34,277 nt of DNA from a virus. Below, piece by piece: positions 21,677 through 30,596 of the stretch. The notes below the pieces were generated by a model. The model was given only the letters and a program-made list of their open reading frames with translations. It had not been told where the DNA came from and did not search any database. The DNA is taken from UHGV virus genome UHGV-0115522; one strand, given 5' to 3'. Numbering within the stretch: the first letter of the stretch is position 1; every line of letters begins with the position of its first letter. Position numbers and translations under genes: made by a program.

Positions 21677-22021
21677 GTGGCTGAGCGCGGCACGGAGCCA
21701 AAAAATACGAATTCTCCCGAGTGGTGGGCGTGGCGCTGGTCCGCACATTTCGGCCTTTGCGAAGATGAGAATGAAATTGCCAGCGGCAATAGTGCATATG
21801 GTGCTCTGAACCTGGCTTTCCATATCGGATTCAAACATGTAGCCCTGGTGGGCGTTGACGCTACGCAAGAACCACGCGTTCATTCCGGCGGCACGCCAAA
21901 AAATCTAAGTCACCTGCCTTTGTTATTCCAGTCTGCGCGTGAACAGATTGACGTTGTTTCATGCGGGAAAATGGGAGGTATTCCGCAGATGACTCTTAAA
22001 GAATGGCTGAAGAATACATGA
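21677..22021 (+). CDS. Hypothetical ORF between the IS block and the phosphatase gene (possible remnant of the preceding P1 gene)
   Basis: 114-aa ORF with GTG start; its stop (22019-22021) overlaps an in-frame ATG of the phosphatase gene (ATGATG), suggesting coupling. No motif. Confidence 0.3.
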   Translation: MAERGTEPKNTNSPEWWAWRWSAHFGLCEDENEIASGNSAYGALNLAFHIGFKHVALVGVDATQEPRVHSGGTPKNLSHLPLLFQSAREQIDVVSCGKMGGIPQMTLKEWLKNT

Positions 22022-22695
22022 TGGCACCAACAATTTATCACCGTATCGACGGTACCAAATACAGGAATATCTGGGTTGTTGGTGATCTGCATGGTTGCTA
22101 CACCAGACTGATGTCCGAACTCCATCGTGTGGATTTTGACCCTGCGCAGGATTTACTGATATCGGTCGGCGACCTTATCGATCGCGGCACCGAAAATGTT
22201 AAATGCTTGGAGCTATTGCAGATGCCATGGTTCAGAGCGGTTATGGGCAACCATGAGCGGCTGATGATTGATGCGTTAAGTCCTGATGGCAACGTGAATA
22301 ATTGGCTAATGAATGGCGGTCAATGGTTCTTCATGCTGGACGCTGATCAGGAAATATTAGCCAGGGCGCTGGTGGAGTTGGTAAGACGACTGCCCTATAT
22401 CATTGAGTTGAACACCGGGCAAGAAACTATCGTTATAGCCCATGCCGACTATCCGGATAATGAATATCAATTCGGTAAGGAGGTGCCGCTTTTCAACGTT
22501 GTCTGGGCGCGCGAGCGTATCAGTGATTCGATGGATGATATTGGTGGCGAAATTTCGGGCGCAGATCGTTTTATCTTTGGTCACACTCCGGTGAAAAGCC
22601 CGAAGACATTCTGGAATCAGCATTATATCGACACTGGTGCCGTATTTTGCGGAAACCTGACATTGATGAAAGTGAAAGGTGATGGTGCAGCATGA
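22003..22695 (+). CDS. ppp: Ser/Thr protein phosphatase, lambda-phosphatase/PrpA-like metallophosphoesterase
   Basis: Motifs GDLHG, GDLIDRG, GNHE and C-terminal GHTP in PPP-family order. True start may be ATG 22018 or 22021. ppp is the P1 gene name as I recall it. Confidence 0.8.
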   Translation: MAEEYMMAPTIYHRIDGTKYRNIWVVGDLHGCYTRLMSELHRVDFDPAQDLLISVGDLIDRGTENVKCLELLQMPWFRAVMGNHERLMIDALSPDGNVNNWLMNGGQWFFMLDADQEILARALVELVRRLPYIIELNTGQETIVIAHADYPDNEYQFGKEVPLFNVVWARERISDSMDDIGGEISGADRFIFGHTPVKSPKTFWNQHYIDTGAVFCGNLTLMKVKGDGAA

Positions 22696-23393
22696 AGATT
22701 GCTTTAGTTCTTCGCTCTGGTGGTGACTATAACGCTTCCGATGTGCAGTGGCTGGTTAATCAACTGCCAAAAGGCTATGAAATTATTTGCCTGACAGACC
22801 TGAAGCGTTTACATGTACCTGGCGTCAAAGTTGTCCCATTGATCAACCAGTGGCAAAAGTGCCGTGGCTGGTGGACGAAAATCGAGTTGTTCCGACCGGA
22901 TATAACAGATGATCTGTTCTATCTGGATTTGGACACAGTTATTGCCGGTGATATACGCCCAATCCTTGAGAATCCACCAACCAGCTTCACCATGCTTAGG
23001 GATTTTTACCATCCACAATATCGTGGTAGCGGTGCCCTGTGGATACCAAATAGTGTAAAAGCGCATATCTGGAGTTCATTCTGGCAAGATCCGGAAGGTT
23101 GGATTTCTCGTTGTGTCACTACTGAGTGCTGGGGTGACCAGGGGTTCTTACGAAAGGTTATGGGCGATGATACACCAGCATTTCAGGATCTGTATCCAGG
23201 ATGGTTTGTAAGTTACAAGGCCGATGTTGTGGAACCTGGTTCAAAATATGCGAGCGCGCGTTACTCCAGGGGGAATGGGGCATTACCAAAAGACTGCCGA
23301 ATAATCTTTTTCCACGGCAAACCGCGACCTCGCGAAGTGTCAGAGGATTGGCTTCCCCTTATCAGCTCATTTTTTGAGCGAGAATCAGAATAA
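22692..23393 (+). CDS. Hypothetical protein with a possible GT-A-like DxD motif
   Basis: 233 aa, start overlaps the phosphatase stop (ATGA). A hydrophobic strand followed by LDLD ([14 protein letters not shown]) resembles the DxD motif of GT-A glycosyltransferases. Weak inference. Confidence 0.6.
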   Translation: MKIALVLRSGGDYNASDVQWLVNQLPKGYEIICLTDLKRLHVPGVKVVPLINQWQKCRGWWTKIELFRPDITDDLFYLDLDTVIAGDIRPILENPPTSFTMLRDFYHPQYRGSGALWIPNSVKAHIWSSFWQDPEGWISRCVTTECWGDQGFLRKVMGDDTPAFQDLYPGWFVSYKADVVEPGSKYASARYSRGNGALPKDCRIIFFHGKPRPREVSEDWLPLISSFFERESE

Positions 23394-23394
23394 T

Positions 23395-23411
23395 ATTGCT
23401 CTAATAATTTC
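23395..23411 (+). promoter_or_regulatory. C1 operator-like site
   Basis: ATTGCTCTAATAATTTC (15/17), beginning 2 nt after the stop of the preceding gene. Confidence 0.7.
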
Positions 23412-23420
23412 ATATTTTTA

Positions 23421-23449
23421 AAACGTGATGTACACTCATCACGTTTTTT
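23421..23449. terminator. Symmetric hairpin with A/T runs on both sides (possible bidirectional terminator)
   Basis: aaacgtgatg-tacact-catcacgttt (10-bp stem) with T-runs on both flanks, between two oppositely oriented operator-like sites. Confidence 0.5.
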
Positions 23450-23460
23450 ATTAGAGCAAT
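23444..23460 (-). promoter_or_regulatory. C1 operator-like site
   Basis: Reverse complement ATTGCTCTAATAAAAAA (14/17); inverted relative to the site at 23395-23411. Confidence 0.65.
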
Positions 23461-23474
23461 CTACAAGGTGCGCT

Positions 23475-23693
23475 ATGTGGCCATTCCGACGGAAATATCA
23501 CTACTGGCTGATCGCCTTTGTTACGCCGACCGGCGGTATCAGGCATGTAATCACCAGGTATCGCAACAAGAGACTCACCTTAGCCAGAATTTTACAGGCT
23601 GCCATAGGTGAGGGACTGGATACAAATTGCGTAGTCCTTCCACCTTCATACTTAGGAAAAATGACCGAAGCACAAGCTAATACGGAACTTTGA
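23475..23693 (+). CDS. Small hypothetical protein, first gene after the operator pair
   Basis: 72-aa ORF with AAGG 7 nt upstream of ATG; ends 1 nt before the next gene. Confidence 0.45.
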   Translation: MWPFRRKYHYWLIAFVTPTGGIRHVITRYRNKRLTLARILQAAIGEGLDTNCVVLPPSYLGKMTEAQANTEL

Positions 23694-23694
23694 A

Positions 23695-24957
23695 ATGAGC
23701 ACTTCAGCACAAAACCAATCAATCGAAAATGTATCTATCCCTGACGTCCTGAATGCCGGTATCCCAGCCATTATCCAGAACATCCGGGCCGCGCAACGCC
23801 GCGTTAGTTGTGATGACCTCACAGCGCGTTTTTTTGATAATGCGGTTCAGTCAGCGGAGATGCTTCACGCACAGCTTATTGATGTTTATAACGCAGAAGC
23901 TGATAGCCATAACTCCCTGGTAGATGCAGCTGAAAATATGCAGTTGGATCTCGGTCTGAAGGGTAAAGAAATTGAAGAGCTTCAGCTACAAATTGAACAT
24001 TTGAAACGCCAGCAACAGGACGCGATCGACGATGCGACGCATGACGCCAACCAGCGTGCTGATAATGCCGAACGTATAAGCATTGAGCTGGAAACAAAAC
24101 TCAATGAAATGACCGCGATGGTTGAACTGCGGAACTCACAGATTTCAACGCTAAAATCTCAATATAAAGAGATCATGAAACTTGATCCTTTTAACCTTGA
24201 GAAACGCTATAACAAAGCTAAAAGCGAGCGACAGGAACTGCGTAAGCAGGTCGCCGATCTTAACCAACAGCTCAAAAAAACTATTAAAGATGCAAGCGAA
24301 GCGCGCGTGGCATTTGCTAATAAAAAAGCAGAGGTTACCGCGCTGGTTAATGAGAATGCCAAATTTGCGACGCTCAAGAAGGAAATGTATGGCATTACTG
24401 AGCGCCGTTTCCCTGCAAGCAAACTTCATCCGACGTTAGGGCAAATCTCCTTCTTCCCGCGCCTCCTGGCTTATGGGATCTCATCGCCTAAAGAGTTCAA
24501 TAACGAGCGTCCTTATATCGTTTCTAAGCTGGACTTTGCTTATCAGTTCTGCTGCGACATGGGCTATGCCATTGATATCCGAATCAACGAATGGTTGATG
24601 CCAAACTTCCAGCCGCTGGCCATTTTCCGCGAGTTCCAGCCGGAAGGTTGGGTAGAGTTCTTCCATGAATTGATCTGTAAAGAGATGGAAAGCCGCCGCC
24701 CGGAACTGGTCCGCCGTGTCGAGTGGGCGCAAGAGGTTATGTTGGCAGATGCAGAGCTGCCGTTCGAACCGGAATTTATTGATGATCTGGCAGCTAAAGG
24801 GCTGCATACCCTGTTTGATGTGGTTACCCGCCGTCATGAGCAGTTGGTTGTCGAATTGGGTTTAGAGGAAACAGCGGCAAGAAGACTTCTCGATGTTTGC
24901 TATGCACGTAGCGATGCATGGGAAAAAGAGAACGGCGGCACTATTTACGTTCGCTGA
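23695..24957 (+). CDS. Hypothetical protein with a long coiled-coil-like central region
   Basis: 420 aa; central about 200 residues are rich in E/K/Q/L heptad-like sequence. No catalytic motif recognised. Confidence 0.7.
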   Translation: MSTSAQNQSIENVSIPDVLNAGIPAIIQNIRAAQRRVSCDDLTARFFDNAVQSAEMLHAQLIDVYNAEADSHNSLVDAAENMQLDLGLKGKEIEELQLQIEHLKRQQQDAIDDATHDANQRADNAERISIELETKLNEMTAMVELRNSQISTLKSQYKEIMKLDPFNLEKRYNKAKSERQELRKQVADLNQQLKKTIKDASEARVAFANKKAEVTALVNENAKFATLKKEMYGITERRFPASKLHPTLGQISFFPRLLAYGISSPKEFNNERPYIVSKLDFAYQFCCDMGYAIDIRINEWLMPNFQPLAIFREFQPEGWVEFFHELICKEMESRRPELVRRVEWAQEVMLADAELPFEPEFIDDLAAKGLHTLFDVVTRRHEQLVVELGLEETAARRLLDVCYARSDAWEKENGGTIYVR

Positions 24958-25029
24958 CAGTTACAGTGTCACTTTTAATGCTGGTGGAGTGCGCCCACCA
25001 GCATTTTTTTCGTCCAATGAGGAGGGCAT

Positions 25030-25536
25030 TTGAGTATTTTCAATAAACACGCACACCAGGAACGTCCGTATATCGTCATAGTTGATATTGATGGAACAAT
25101 ATCAGAGGCAACTGAAGACAGACTGCATTTGCTTCCGCCACCAGGTAAAGGTGCATTAACAAAGGACTGGAACGAGTTTAATCTCGCCTGTGACACTGAT
25201 ACTCCCATAACTCCAGTTATTGATATTGTGCGCCAGTTATTTAACGTTTACACGGTCTGGTTTGTAACCGGGCGCTGTGAGATCGCAAGGGATAAAACAC
25301 GAGCCTGGCTGCGGAAGTACGTAACAAACGGGGCTGAGCCTTTGCTATCTATGCGTCCTGCCACCGATGACAGAAATGACGGCCCAGCAAAGATTGATCT
25401 CCTTAAGAAAATTGGTCTAAGTAAAATCGCGTTCGCGCTGGAAGATAAGATTGAAGTGGCGCGTGTTTTCAGGAGGCACGGCGTGCTTACGTTAATGGTC
25501 AGGGAGTATGAAAACGCGCTTCTCCATCAACAATAA
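25030..25536 (+). CDS. HAD-superfamily phosphatase-like protein
   Basis: 168 aa; N-terminal VIVDIDGTI fits the HAD motif I (DxDGT). TTG start with GGAGGG upstream. Confidence 0.6.
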   Translation: MSIFNKHAHQERPYIVIVDIDGTISEATEDRLHLLPPPGKGALTKDWNEFNLACDTDTPITPVIDIVRQLFNVYTVWFVTGRCEIARDKTRAWLRKYVTNGAEPLLSMRPATDDRNDGPAKIDLLKKIGLSKIAFALEDKIEVARVFRRHGVLTLMVREYENALLHQQ

Positions 25537-25552
25537 TTGCTCTAATAAATAT
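25536..25552 (+). promoter_or_regulatory. C1 operator-like site
   Basis: ATTGCTCTAATAAATAT (16/17), overlapping the stop of the HAD-like gene. Confidence 0.75.
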
Positions 25553-25634
25553 TGATTTTTAAAACAGAGAAAGTGAAAATAAAAACATGCCGCAAGGCGC
25601 GGCATGTATCCAATCAATCACAGGAGCTGAAAAT

Positions 25635-25721
25635 ATGAACACGGCATTCAAAATCATTATGGCCGCGATCTATTTCTGGCTGTTCTCTATCACTTTTGGC
25701 GGCATTGTCGCGCATGGGTAA
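25635..25721 (+). CDS. Unlisted 28-aa hydrophobic peptide
   Basis: MNTAFKIIMAAIYFWLFSITFGGIVAHG; AGGAG SD 8 nt upstream of ATG; stop TAA followed by the GGGGGA SD of the next gene. Below the 60-aa ORF cutoff. Confidence 0.4.
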   Translation: MNTAFKIIMAAIYFWLFSITFGGIVAHG

Positions 25722-25730
25722 GGGGGATGC

Positions 25731-26312
25731 ATGAAAGGCGAAGTGAAAGAGCGCGGCATGATTTTCAACGATGAGATGGTCCGGGCAATTCTTGGCGGGA
25801 ATAAAACACAGACTCGCAGGATTGTTGAAGAAAAATTCTATGGACGGGCAGTGGCCGCAGAGTTGCTTGCTAAACATTGTCCATATGGTCAACCGGGAGA
25901 TCGTATTTGGGTTCGTGAAACCTACCGGGTACATGGCAAAGCGACGGACGTCGCAACGCTGGTTTATCGCGCAAGCGTGCGTAACTCCTGGACAGAACAA
26001 ACGCACCGGGTTCCGGTTGAGGTTTGTAATAAGCCAGTATCAGAAAAGTGGACGCCATCAATTCACATGCCGCGCTGGGCATCGCGCATTTTGCTGGAAA
26101 TTACCAACGTGCGCGTTGAGCGGTTGAACGATATCAGCGAATGCGATGCAAGGGCTGAGGGCGCACCAACAGAATTTACCCTCATTGGCGATAAGCATTA
26201 CCCAGGTTTCCGTAGCCTATGGGAATCAATTTATGGCGAAGAAAGTTGGAACGCTAATCCCTGGGTTTGGGTAATCGAGTTTGAGCGTATTCAGGGGGCA
26301 ACCAGTGAGTAA
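25731..26312 (+). CDS. Hypothetical protein, possibly ASCH/PUA-like
   Basis: 193 aa; N-terminus MIFNDEMVRAILGGNKTQTRR resembles the start of ASCH-domain proteins as I recall. Moderate. Confidence 0.6.
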   Translation: MKGEVKERGMIFNDEMVRAILGGNKTQTRRIVEEKFYGRAVAAELLAKHCPYGQPGDRIWVRETYRVHGKATDVATLVYRASVRNSWTEQTHRVPVEVCNKPVSEKWTPSIHMPRWASRILLEITNVRVERLNDISECDARAEGAPTEFTLIGDKHYPGFRSLWESIYGEESWNANPWVWVIEFERIQGATSE

Positions 26313-26322
26313 CCGTTTTTAC

Positions 26323-26655
26323 ATGATGTGCTCGCGTGAAACTGTGGGTAATAACGCTTCATTCCATTGCCATAACGGCAATGGTTACAGCTCTGATATC
26401 GATCGCGCTCATGTTTACACGCTGGAAGAAGCCCAAAAAGCCTGGAATTGTGGGCGAGATATCGAGCCACCTGTTAGCGCTAATCTTGATGTTGCTGGTG
26501 CCAGGCTGGTTTCGGTTCTATTTGGTGATTACCGCGACGACTTCTTTCAGCCTGAAGAAGTTGATGTAGTGCGAGAAGCATTAAACGAGCAAAGTGTTGA
26601 TAACGATGATGCTCATGCGGAAATCATCAAAAAAATGAAGCTGCTAACTCACTAA
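26323..26655 (+). CDS. Hypothetical acidic protein
   Basis: In-frame ATG at 26323 (MMCSRETVGNN...) just after the upstream stop; the listed 26281 start overlaps the preceding gene by 32 nt. Confidence 0.5.
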   Translation: MMCSRETVGNNASFHCHNGNGYSSDIDRAHVYTLEEAQKAWNCGRDIEPPVSANLDVAGARLVSVLFGDYRDDFFQPEEVDVVREALNEQSVDNDDAHAEIIKKMKLLTH

Positions 26656-26703
26656 ATTATCAATTATGGTGCTATCACCTACGACACCGAGAGAAATTTT
26701 ATA

Positions 26704-26826
26704 ATGTCAAAAGTAAATGTTTTGATTTTTTCAGCAATTGTAGGCTTTGGTTTTACTGCTGGAGTGCAGATTTATATTGCGTGGGAAAAAATCATCAACT
26801 ACGCATGGAGTTGTTTTATTAAGTGA
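26704..26826 (+). CDS. Unlisted 40-aa hydrophobic small protein
   Basis: MSKVNVLIFSAIVGFGFTAGVQIYIAWEKIINYAWSCFIK; stop 26824-26826 followed 8 nt later by the next ATG with TGAGGTAAG SD. Confidence 0.4.
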   Translation: MSKVNVLIFSAIVGFGFTAGVQIYIAWEKIINYAWSCFIK

Positions 26827-26833
26827 GGTAAGT

Positions 26834-27127
26834 ATGTGGAGAGGTAATAGTCATGGCAAAAGCCAGATGATACTTACCGAATATCAATTCGACCACAAAA
26901 CTAATGAATCACGATCAGTATATTTGCTTCGGCACAATAGCCGTGTCAGGAATACCGTGTTAGAGCAAAATCTGACAGTTGAAATGGATAATTTCGGGAA
27001 CTTCAAGCCAACAATATCGCTTGATGATTTCCCGCGTGGTTTAAGCGAAAGAGAAGCAATGCTGAAATTAGCAGAATGGCTACAAAGGTTGAGCATTGTA
27101 ATTGAAGATAACTGGAGCACCCCATAA
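26834..27127 (+). CDS. Hypothetical protein
   Basis: ATG 26834 with SD; the listed 26747 start lies in a different frame from the small ORF it would overlap, so the shorter start is preferred. Confidence 0.5.
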   Translation: MWRGNSHGKSQMILTEYQFDHKTNESRSVYLLRHNSRVRNTVLEQNLTVEMDNFGNFKPTISLDDFPRGLSEREAMLKLAEWLQRLSIVIEDNWSTP

Positions 27128-27291
27128 TGAAAAAGAAACAGTTTTGGGCGACGTTTATATTTGTCTGTGTTTGTGGTTTTTTTGTGGCTTTGGCTGGTGG
27201 CGTTGAATGGGGAACGGAGAGCTGCGGTGCATTGGCTGGTAGCACCTTATTCCTCGTTGGTGCGTTAGCTATATCTCTATCTGGAGACTGA
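27127..27291 (+). CDS. Unlisted 54-aa membrane peptide
   Basis: MKKKQFWATFIFVCVCGFFVALAGGVEWGTESCGALAGSTLFLVGALAISLSGD; ATG overlaps the preceding stop (TAATG); two hydrophobic segments. Confidence 0.45.
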   Translation: MKKKQFWATFIFVCVCGFFVALAGGVEWGTESCGALAGSTLFLVGALAISLSGD

Positions 27292-27357
27292 TTATAACTT
27301 TATTACCCTGCTGTTACGGCAGGGAAGCAGCCACACTGTGTAACTGATTAAATTTAT

Positions 27358-27732
27358 ATGATGACATTCAAACATTTTCTTGACTGCCCATTATGGGCGG
27401 CAGCCGCAGGCTATGATTTTAATTATATGGATTGTATGTCTTATAGCGCTACTGCATACGACCATTCGTTCAGTCTGCTGTTTAACTCTTTAAAGATATT
27501 GCCTGAAACAGAAGTAGGGGAGCTTCATTTGTGTCTATTGGACTTTATCGTGGCTGTAGTTGGTATTGCTGTCTGGCCTTTTATTTTCTGGCTGGTGGCT
27601 ATTGTAGTGTGGTTTAAGTGCAAGACATACCGGGAAAGGTATTTCTTAGGCGATGGAATGACTGATATTGCCAAAATGAACATTGAAAAATGGACTAAGG
27701 AATGTGAAAAGAAATGGCGCAAAAAGAAATGA
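27358..27732 (+). CDS. Hypothetical membrane protein
   Basis: 124 aa with a hydrophobic segment (LCLLDFIVAVVGIAVWPFIFWLVAIVVWF) and a basic C-terminus. Confidence 0.55.
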   Translation: MMTFKHFLDCPLWAAAAGYDFNYMDCMSYSATAYDHSFSLLFNSLKILPETEVGELHLCLLDFIVAVVGIAVWPFIFWLVAIVVWFKCKTYRERYFLGDGMTDIAKMNIEKWTKECEKKWRKKK

Positions 27733-28463
27733 CCAGAATCACTAAAGAGCGTATATCAGAGATTATTTCCCGTATCGAAATGTATGGTCACGGTGCTGGA
27801 TATACGGCAGATGAAGTATTTGGACTTGCAAAAATGGCGTTAGCAACTAGCAAAGATGATAAAAAAATGAAGCTTATCGACTTGTTAGTGAAGGAGCTGC
27901 CTAAGTGCGGCGGGTGGCCTGATGGTATGATCGATTGTCGCCTGCTCAGTGCCAATTTAATGGCGCCATGCGCGACTTTTGCTTTTGGCTCAGACCACAA
28001 AAAAGACACGTTCTTTGGGCGCAATTTTTGTTGTGAGATTGAGCTTCCAATTGGTGATCTTGATAGCGATGAATACCAGTCAGTTGTCACTCGCGAACAA
28101 TACGAATCAGCTCTCATAGCGTCGCAGAAAGTCGAGTTCAATGGCGATGAACTTGAAAGTAAGGCTTACAGGTTGGATTTTGGGCAATGGCTGGAACAGC
28201 AACGCGGGAAAATCGATGTGGACTGCGGTTGTGTGTCTGCGGAAACATTCATGCACTGGTTGCGGATAGCTTATGAGGCTGGGAACCATCCGGATCTTCC
28301 GGATAGTTCCCAACAGGCGCCCAGGAAAAGCGTAAAAACCACTCTGGAAAGAGGCTATCTTGAGGCCGCATTAAAGATTAAGCCGGGCCATACGCTAGGC
28401 GTCATTGATGCCATGTTGGTTCATGAAATGGCTAAGGCGTTATTGCCACTGGAGGCTGATTAA
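27714..28463 (+). CDS. Hypothetical protein
   Basis: 249 aa; ATG overlaps the end of the preceding gene by 19 nt; no motif recognised. Confidence 0.6.
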   Translation: MAQKEMTRITKERISEIISRIEMYGHGAGYTADEVFGLAKMALATSKDDKKMKLIDLLVKELPKCGGWPDGMIDCRLLSANLMAPCATFAFGSDHKKDTFFGRNFCCEIELPIGDLDSDEYQSVVTREQYESALIASQKVEFNGDELESKAYRLDFGQWLEQQRGKIDVDCGCVSAETFMHWLRIAYEAGNHPDLPDSSQQAPRKSVKTTLERGYLEAALKIKPGHTLGVIDAMLVHEMAKALLPLEAD

Positions 28464-28500
28464 ATTCCTGATAAAGCTGATATCTGATCACCATGCTAAA

Positions 28501-28529
28501 ATCCCCTCAATTCACAGAGGGGATTTTTG
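28501..28529 (+). terminator. Rho-independent terminator
   Basis: atcccctc-aattcaca-gaggggat followed by TTTTT, 38 nt after the stop of the upstream gene. Confidence 0.55.
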
Positions 28530-28532
28530 TAT

Positions 28533-28799
28533 ATGTTGCATAGAGTTTTATGGAAAAGCGTTATTGTCGGTGCGATGCTGGCTATGTCCGGGTGTGCAAT
28601 GGTGCAATACAATGACGGTGAAAAGGTAAGCATCCAGTCTGATGGCTGGTATGGGCTGGATAGCCTGCAAAAAACCGCAGATAAAGCCTGTCAGCAATAT
28701 GGAAAGTCTAAAGCCGTATATCAGCATAGCGCGAACGCTAATCCACATCTCGCGCCCGGCACGGGCGTTCAGAACACTATTTGGAAATGCGAACCATAA
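28533..28799 (+). CDS. Small putative lipoprotein
   Basis: ATG 28533 (MLHRVLWKSVIVGAMLAMSGC...) with signal-peptide-like N-terminus and a Cys at a lipobox-like position. Confidence 0.55.
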   Translation: MLHRVLWKSVIVGAMLAMSGCAMVQYNDGEKVSIQSDGWYGLDSLQKTADKACQQYGKSKAVYQHSANANPHLAPGTGVQNTIWKCEP

Positions 28800-28982
28800 C
28801 GCAGGTTGGCTTTTTACATCTTGGGCCGAATACTGATTCCGCGCTAAGTTGTTTGTGCGGAAGTGACACTGTGGAGCTTAGAAATAGTAAATACTGGTGG
28901 GCAACAAATTGAGCCTTCACACGCTCACCAGCACACACAAAAAATGGTTAAACAGCAAGGGAATTAATATCTCAGCGCGACA

Positions 28983-29120
28983 TTAAATAAGCCAGCGCAC
29001 GCCTCTGTTTATCACTGACTTGAAAAACCATATCAGAACCACGATGAAGACAATCGCCAGCACTTGGCTAAGAACAGGCGCATTTAAAAATGCACTTAGA
29101 AACTGAAAAATTACAATCAT
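28983..29120 (-). CDS. Unlisted 45-aa hydrophobic peptide on the opposite strand
   Basis: MIVIFQFLSAFLNAPVLSQVLAIVFIVVLIWFFKSVINRGVRWLI; GAGGA SD 8 nt upstream of ATG (29118-29120); lies in an otherwise ORF-free interval. Confidence 0.4.
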   Translation of the reverse strand: MIVIFQFLSAFLNAPVLSQVLAIVFIVVLIWFFKSVINRGVRWLI

Positions 29121-29588
29121 CAGGGTAATCCTCGTCAAATGTAAAGCTGTGTGCTCTCACGTTGACGTAGAAACCCAACCTCTATATAGTTGGATTCGGT
29201 GAAAGAAAGTCGTTAACGTGAACTTACGGCACATGTTTTCGGTATAAAAATCAGGGAACTGTGAATTCCTTGATGTAGTTGGGGCCTGTAATGCAGGCCC
29301 TATCTATTAATGTCATGATTACATCTCAAATTTTCTCCTTATCATTATTATTTAATAAAATTCAATTAATAAAATATCCATTTCCTGTGTGTGCAAACAC
29401 AGTATGAGGAAAATGGCCTCGTTGCAAGTGCATAACTTTGTGGATAACTCTGAAGGCGAATTTACATTTCGGCGCACCGCAAGCCAGATAAGCTGTGCGC
29501 AAAAAGCAATGGGGTGAGAAAAAAACTTTGAAGATATTGCGGCGACTAAATAATAGCCGTTATTCAATTATTCTGGATGGGATTTAAT

Positions 29589-29840
29589 ATGAACGAATGG
29601 AACATAGCAGCTAAAAGCCAGGAAGAAAGGAATAAAGTTAACGTTGACCTGGCTGCTAGGGGGGTTGCCTACAAAGAGCGATTGAACATACCTGTCATAG
29701 CTGAACAGGTAGCCCGCGAGCAACCAGAGAACCTGCGCACCTATTTCATGGAACGTCTACGGCACTACCGGCAGTTAAGCCTCCAGTTGCCAAAGGGAAG
29801 CGATCCGGTATACCAAAAAGACGATACCATCAAAAAATAA
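29589..29840 (+). CDS. hot: Hot, homolog of DNA polymerase III theta subunit
   Basis: 83 aa from ATG 29589; [43 protein letters not shown] aligns with E. coli HolE ([43 protein letters not shown]) from memory. Confidence 0.8.
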   Translation: MNEWNIAAKSQEERNKVNVDLAARGVAYKERLNIPVIAEQVAREQPENLRTYFMERLRHYRQLSLQLPKGSDPVYQKDDTIKK

Positions 29841-29846
29841 CAGCAA

Positions 29847-30422
29847 TCATCCGTTCTGTACTTCTTTAATCCGCGCCAACACAGCTTCACGTTGTGCCTG
29901 GATAGCTGCTTTTTCTTTTTCAAGCCGGGACAGCGATAACTCAAGCTCATTGCTGTACCAGATAAGCAGGTCGAGGTTCATACTCTTGTGATCCAAAAAT
30001 GGTGAAACTCCAAGATTCTCTTCTTGTTCCTGTTTCATCGTGAAGAGGTTCATTTCTTCCCTTGAATCAAATTCGGCAACAATCTCTTGCTGTTCCTGGT
30101 CTGGTCGCTGCGGCATCCTTGCTAGGATAAATGGCGGTTCTATTGAAAACATGAATGACGGTTTAGACCGTGTTTTTACCCAGCTTGCCTGCTTTCTTTC
30201 TGCAAGTTCACAGGCGTCATCATAGTTATCTGCCAAACAAAGCATGGATGGACGGTCCCACGCGCCACCGTTTAGACAAAAAACAACAATTTTCCCGTCA
30301 GATTGTGTAACTCCATACGGATGATCCCACCAGGCGTCCAGCTGAGCTTTAGAGCGTTTCTCGTTAGGAGTGCAGTCAAAATTTTTGGGCAATACAGGAT
30401 CGAGAGGAATGCGATTAGGCAT
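29847..30422 (-). CDS. Hypothetical protein divergent from humD (position of lxr in P1 as I recall)
   Basis: 191-aa ORF; start codon about 136 bp from the LexA box. No motif recognised. Confidence 0.55.
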   Translation of the reverse strand: MPNRIPLDPVLPKNFDCTPNEKRSKAQLDAWWDHPYGVTQSDGKIVVFCLNGGAWDRPSMLCLADNYDDACELAERKQASWVKTRSKPSFMFSIEPPFILARMPQRPDQEQQEIVAEFDSREEMNLFTMKQEQEENLGVSPFLDHKSMNLDLLIWYSNELELSLSRLEKEKAAIQAQREAVLARIKEVQNG

Positions 30423-30557
30423 AGCTAATTCCTTATTAACTGATTGGCAACGAGGTTACGCTGATCCGTTGGTGATGAATAGTAGCAAAGCGCACAAAAT
30501 CATCTGCGGTGGTTGATGTACATAACGCGTTTGCACCAAAGGTGTCTCTTTAATGTA

Positions 30558-30577
30558 TACTGTATAAATAAACAGTA
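30558..30577. promoter_or_regulatory. LexA box (SOS operator)
   Basis: TACTGTATAAATAAACAGTA: CTGT-N8-ACAG in an AT-rich palindrome, 20 nt upstream of the humD start. Confidence 0.8.
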
Positions 30578-30596
30578 TTGTTGAGGTGAAAACGCT

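Noticed and set aside
25614-26006. 130-aa minus-strand ORF
   Set aside because: Overlaps the better-supported plus-strand small ORF and the ASCH-like gene, which have ribosome-binding sites and coupled starts.
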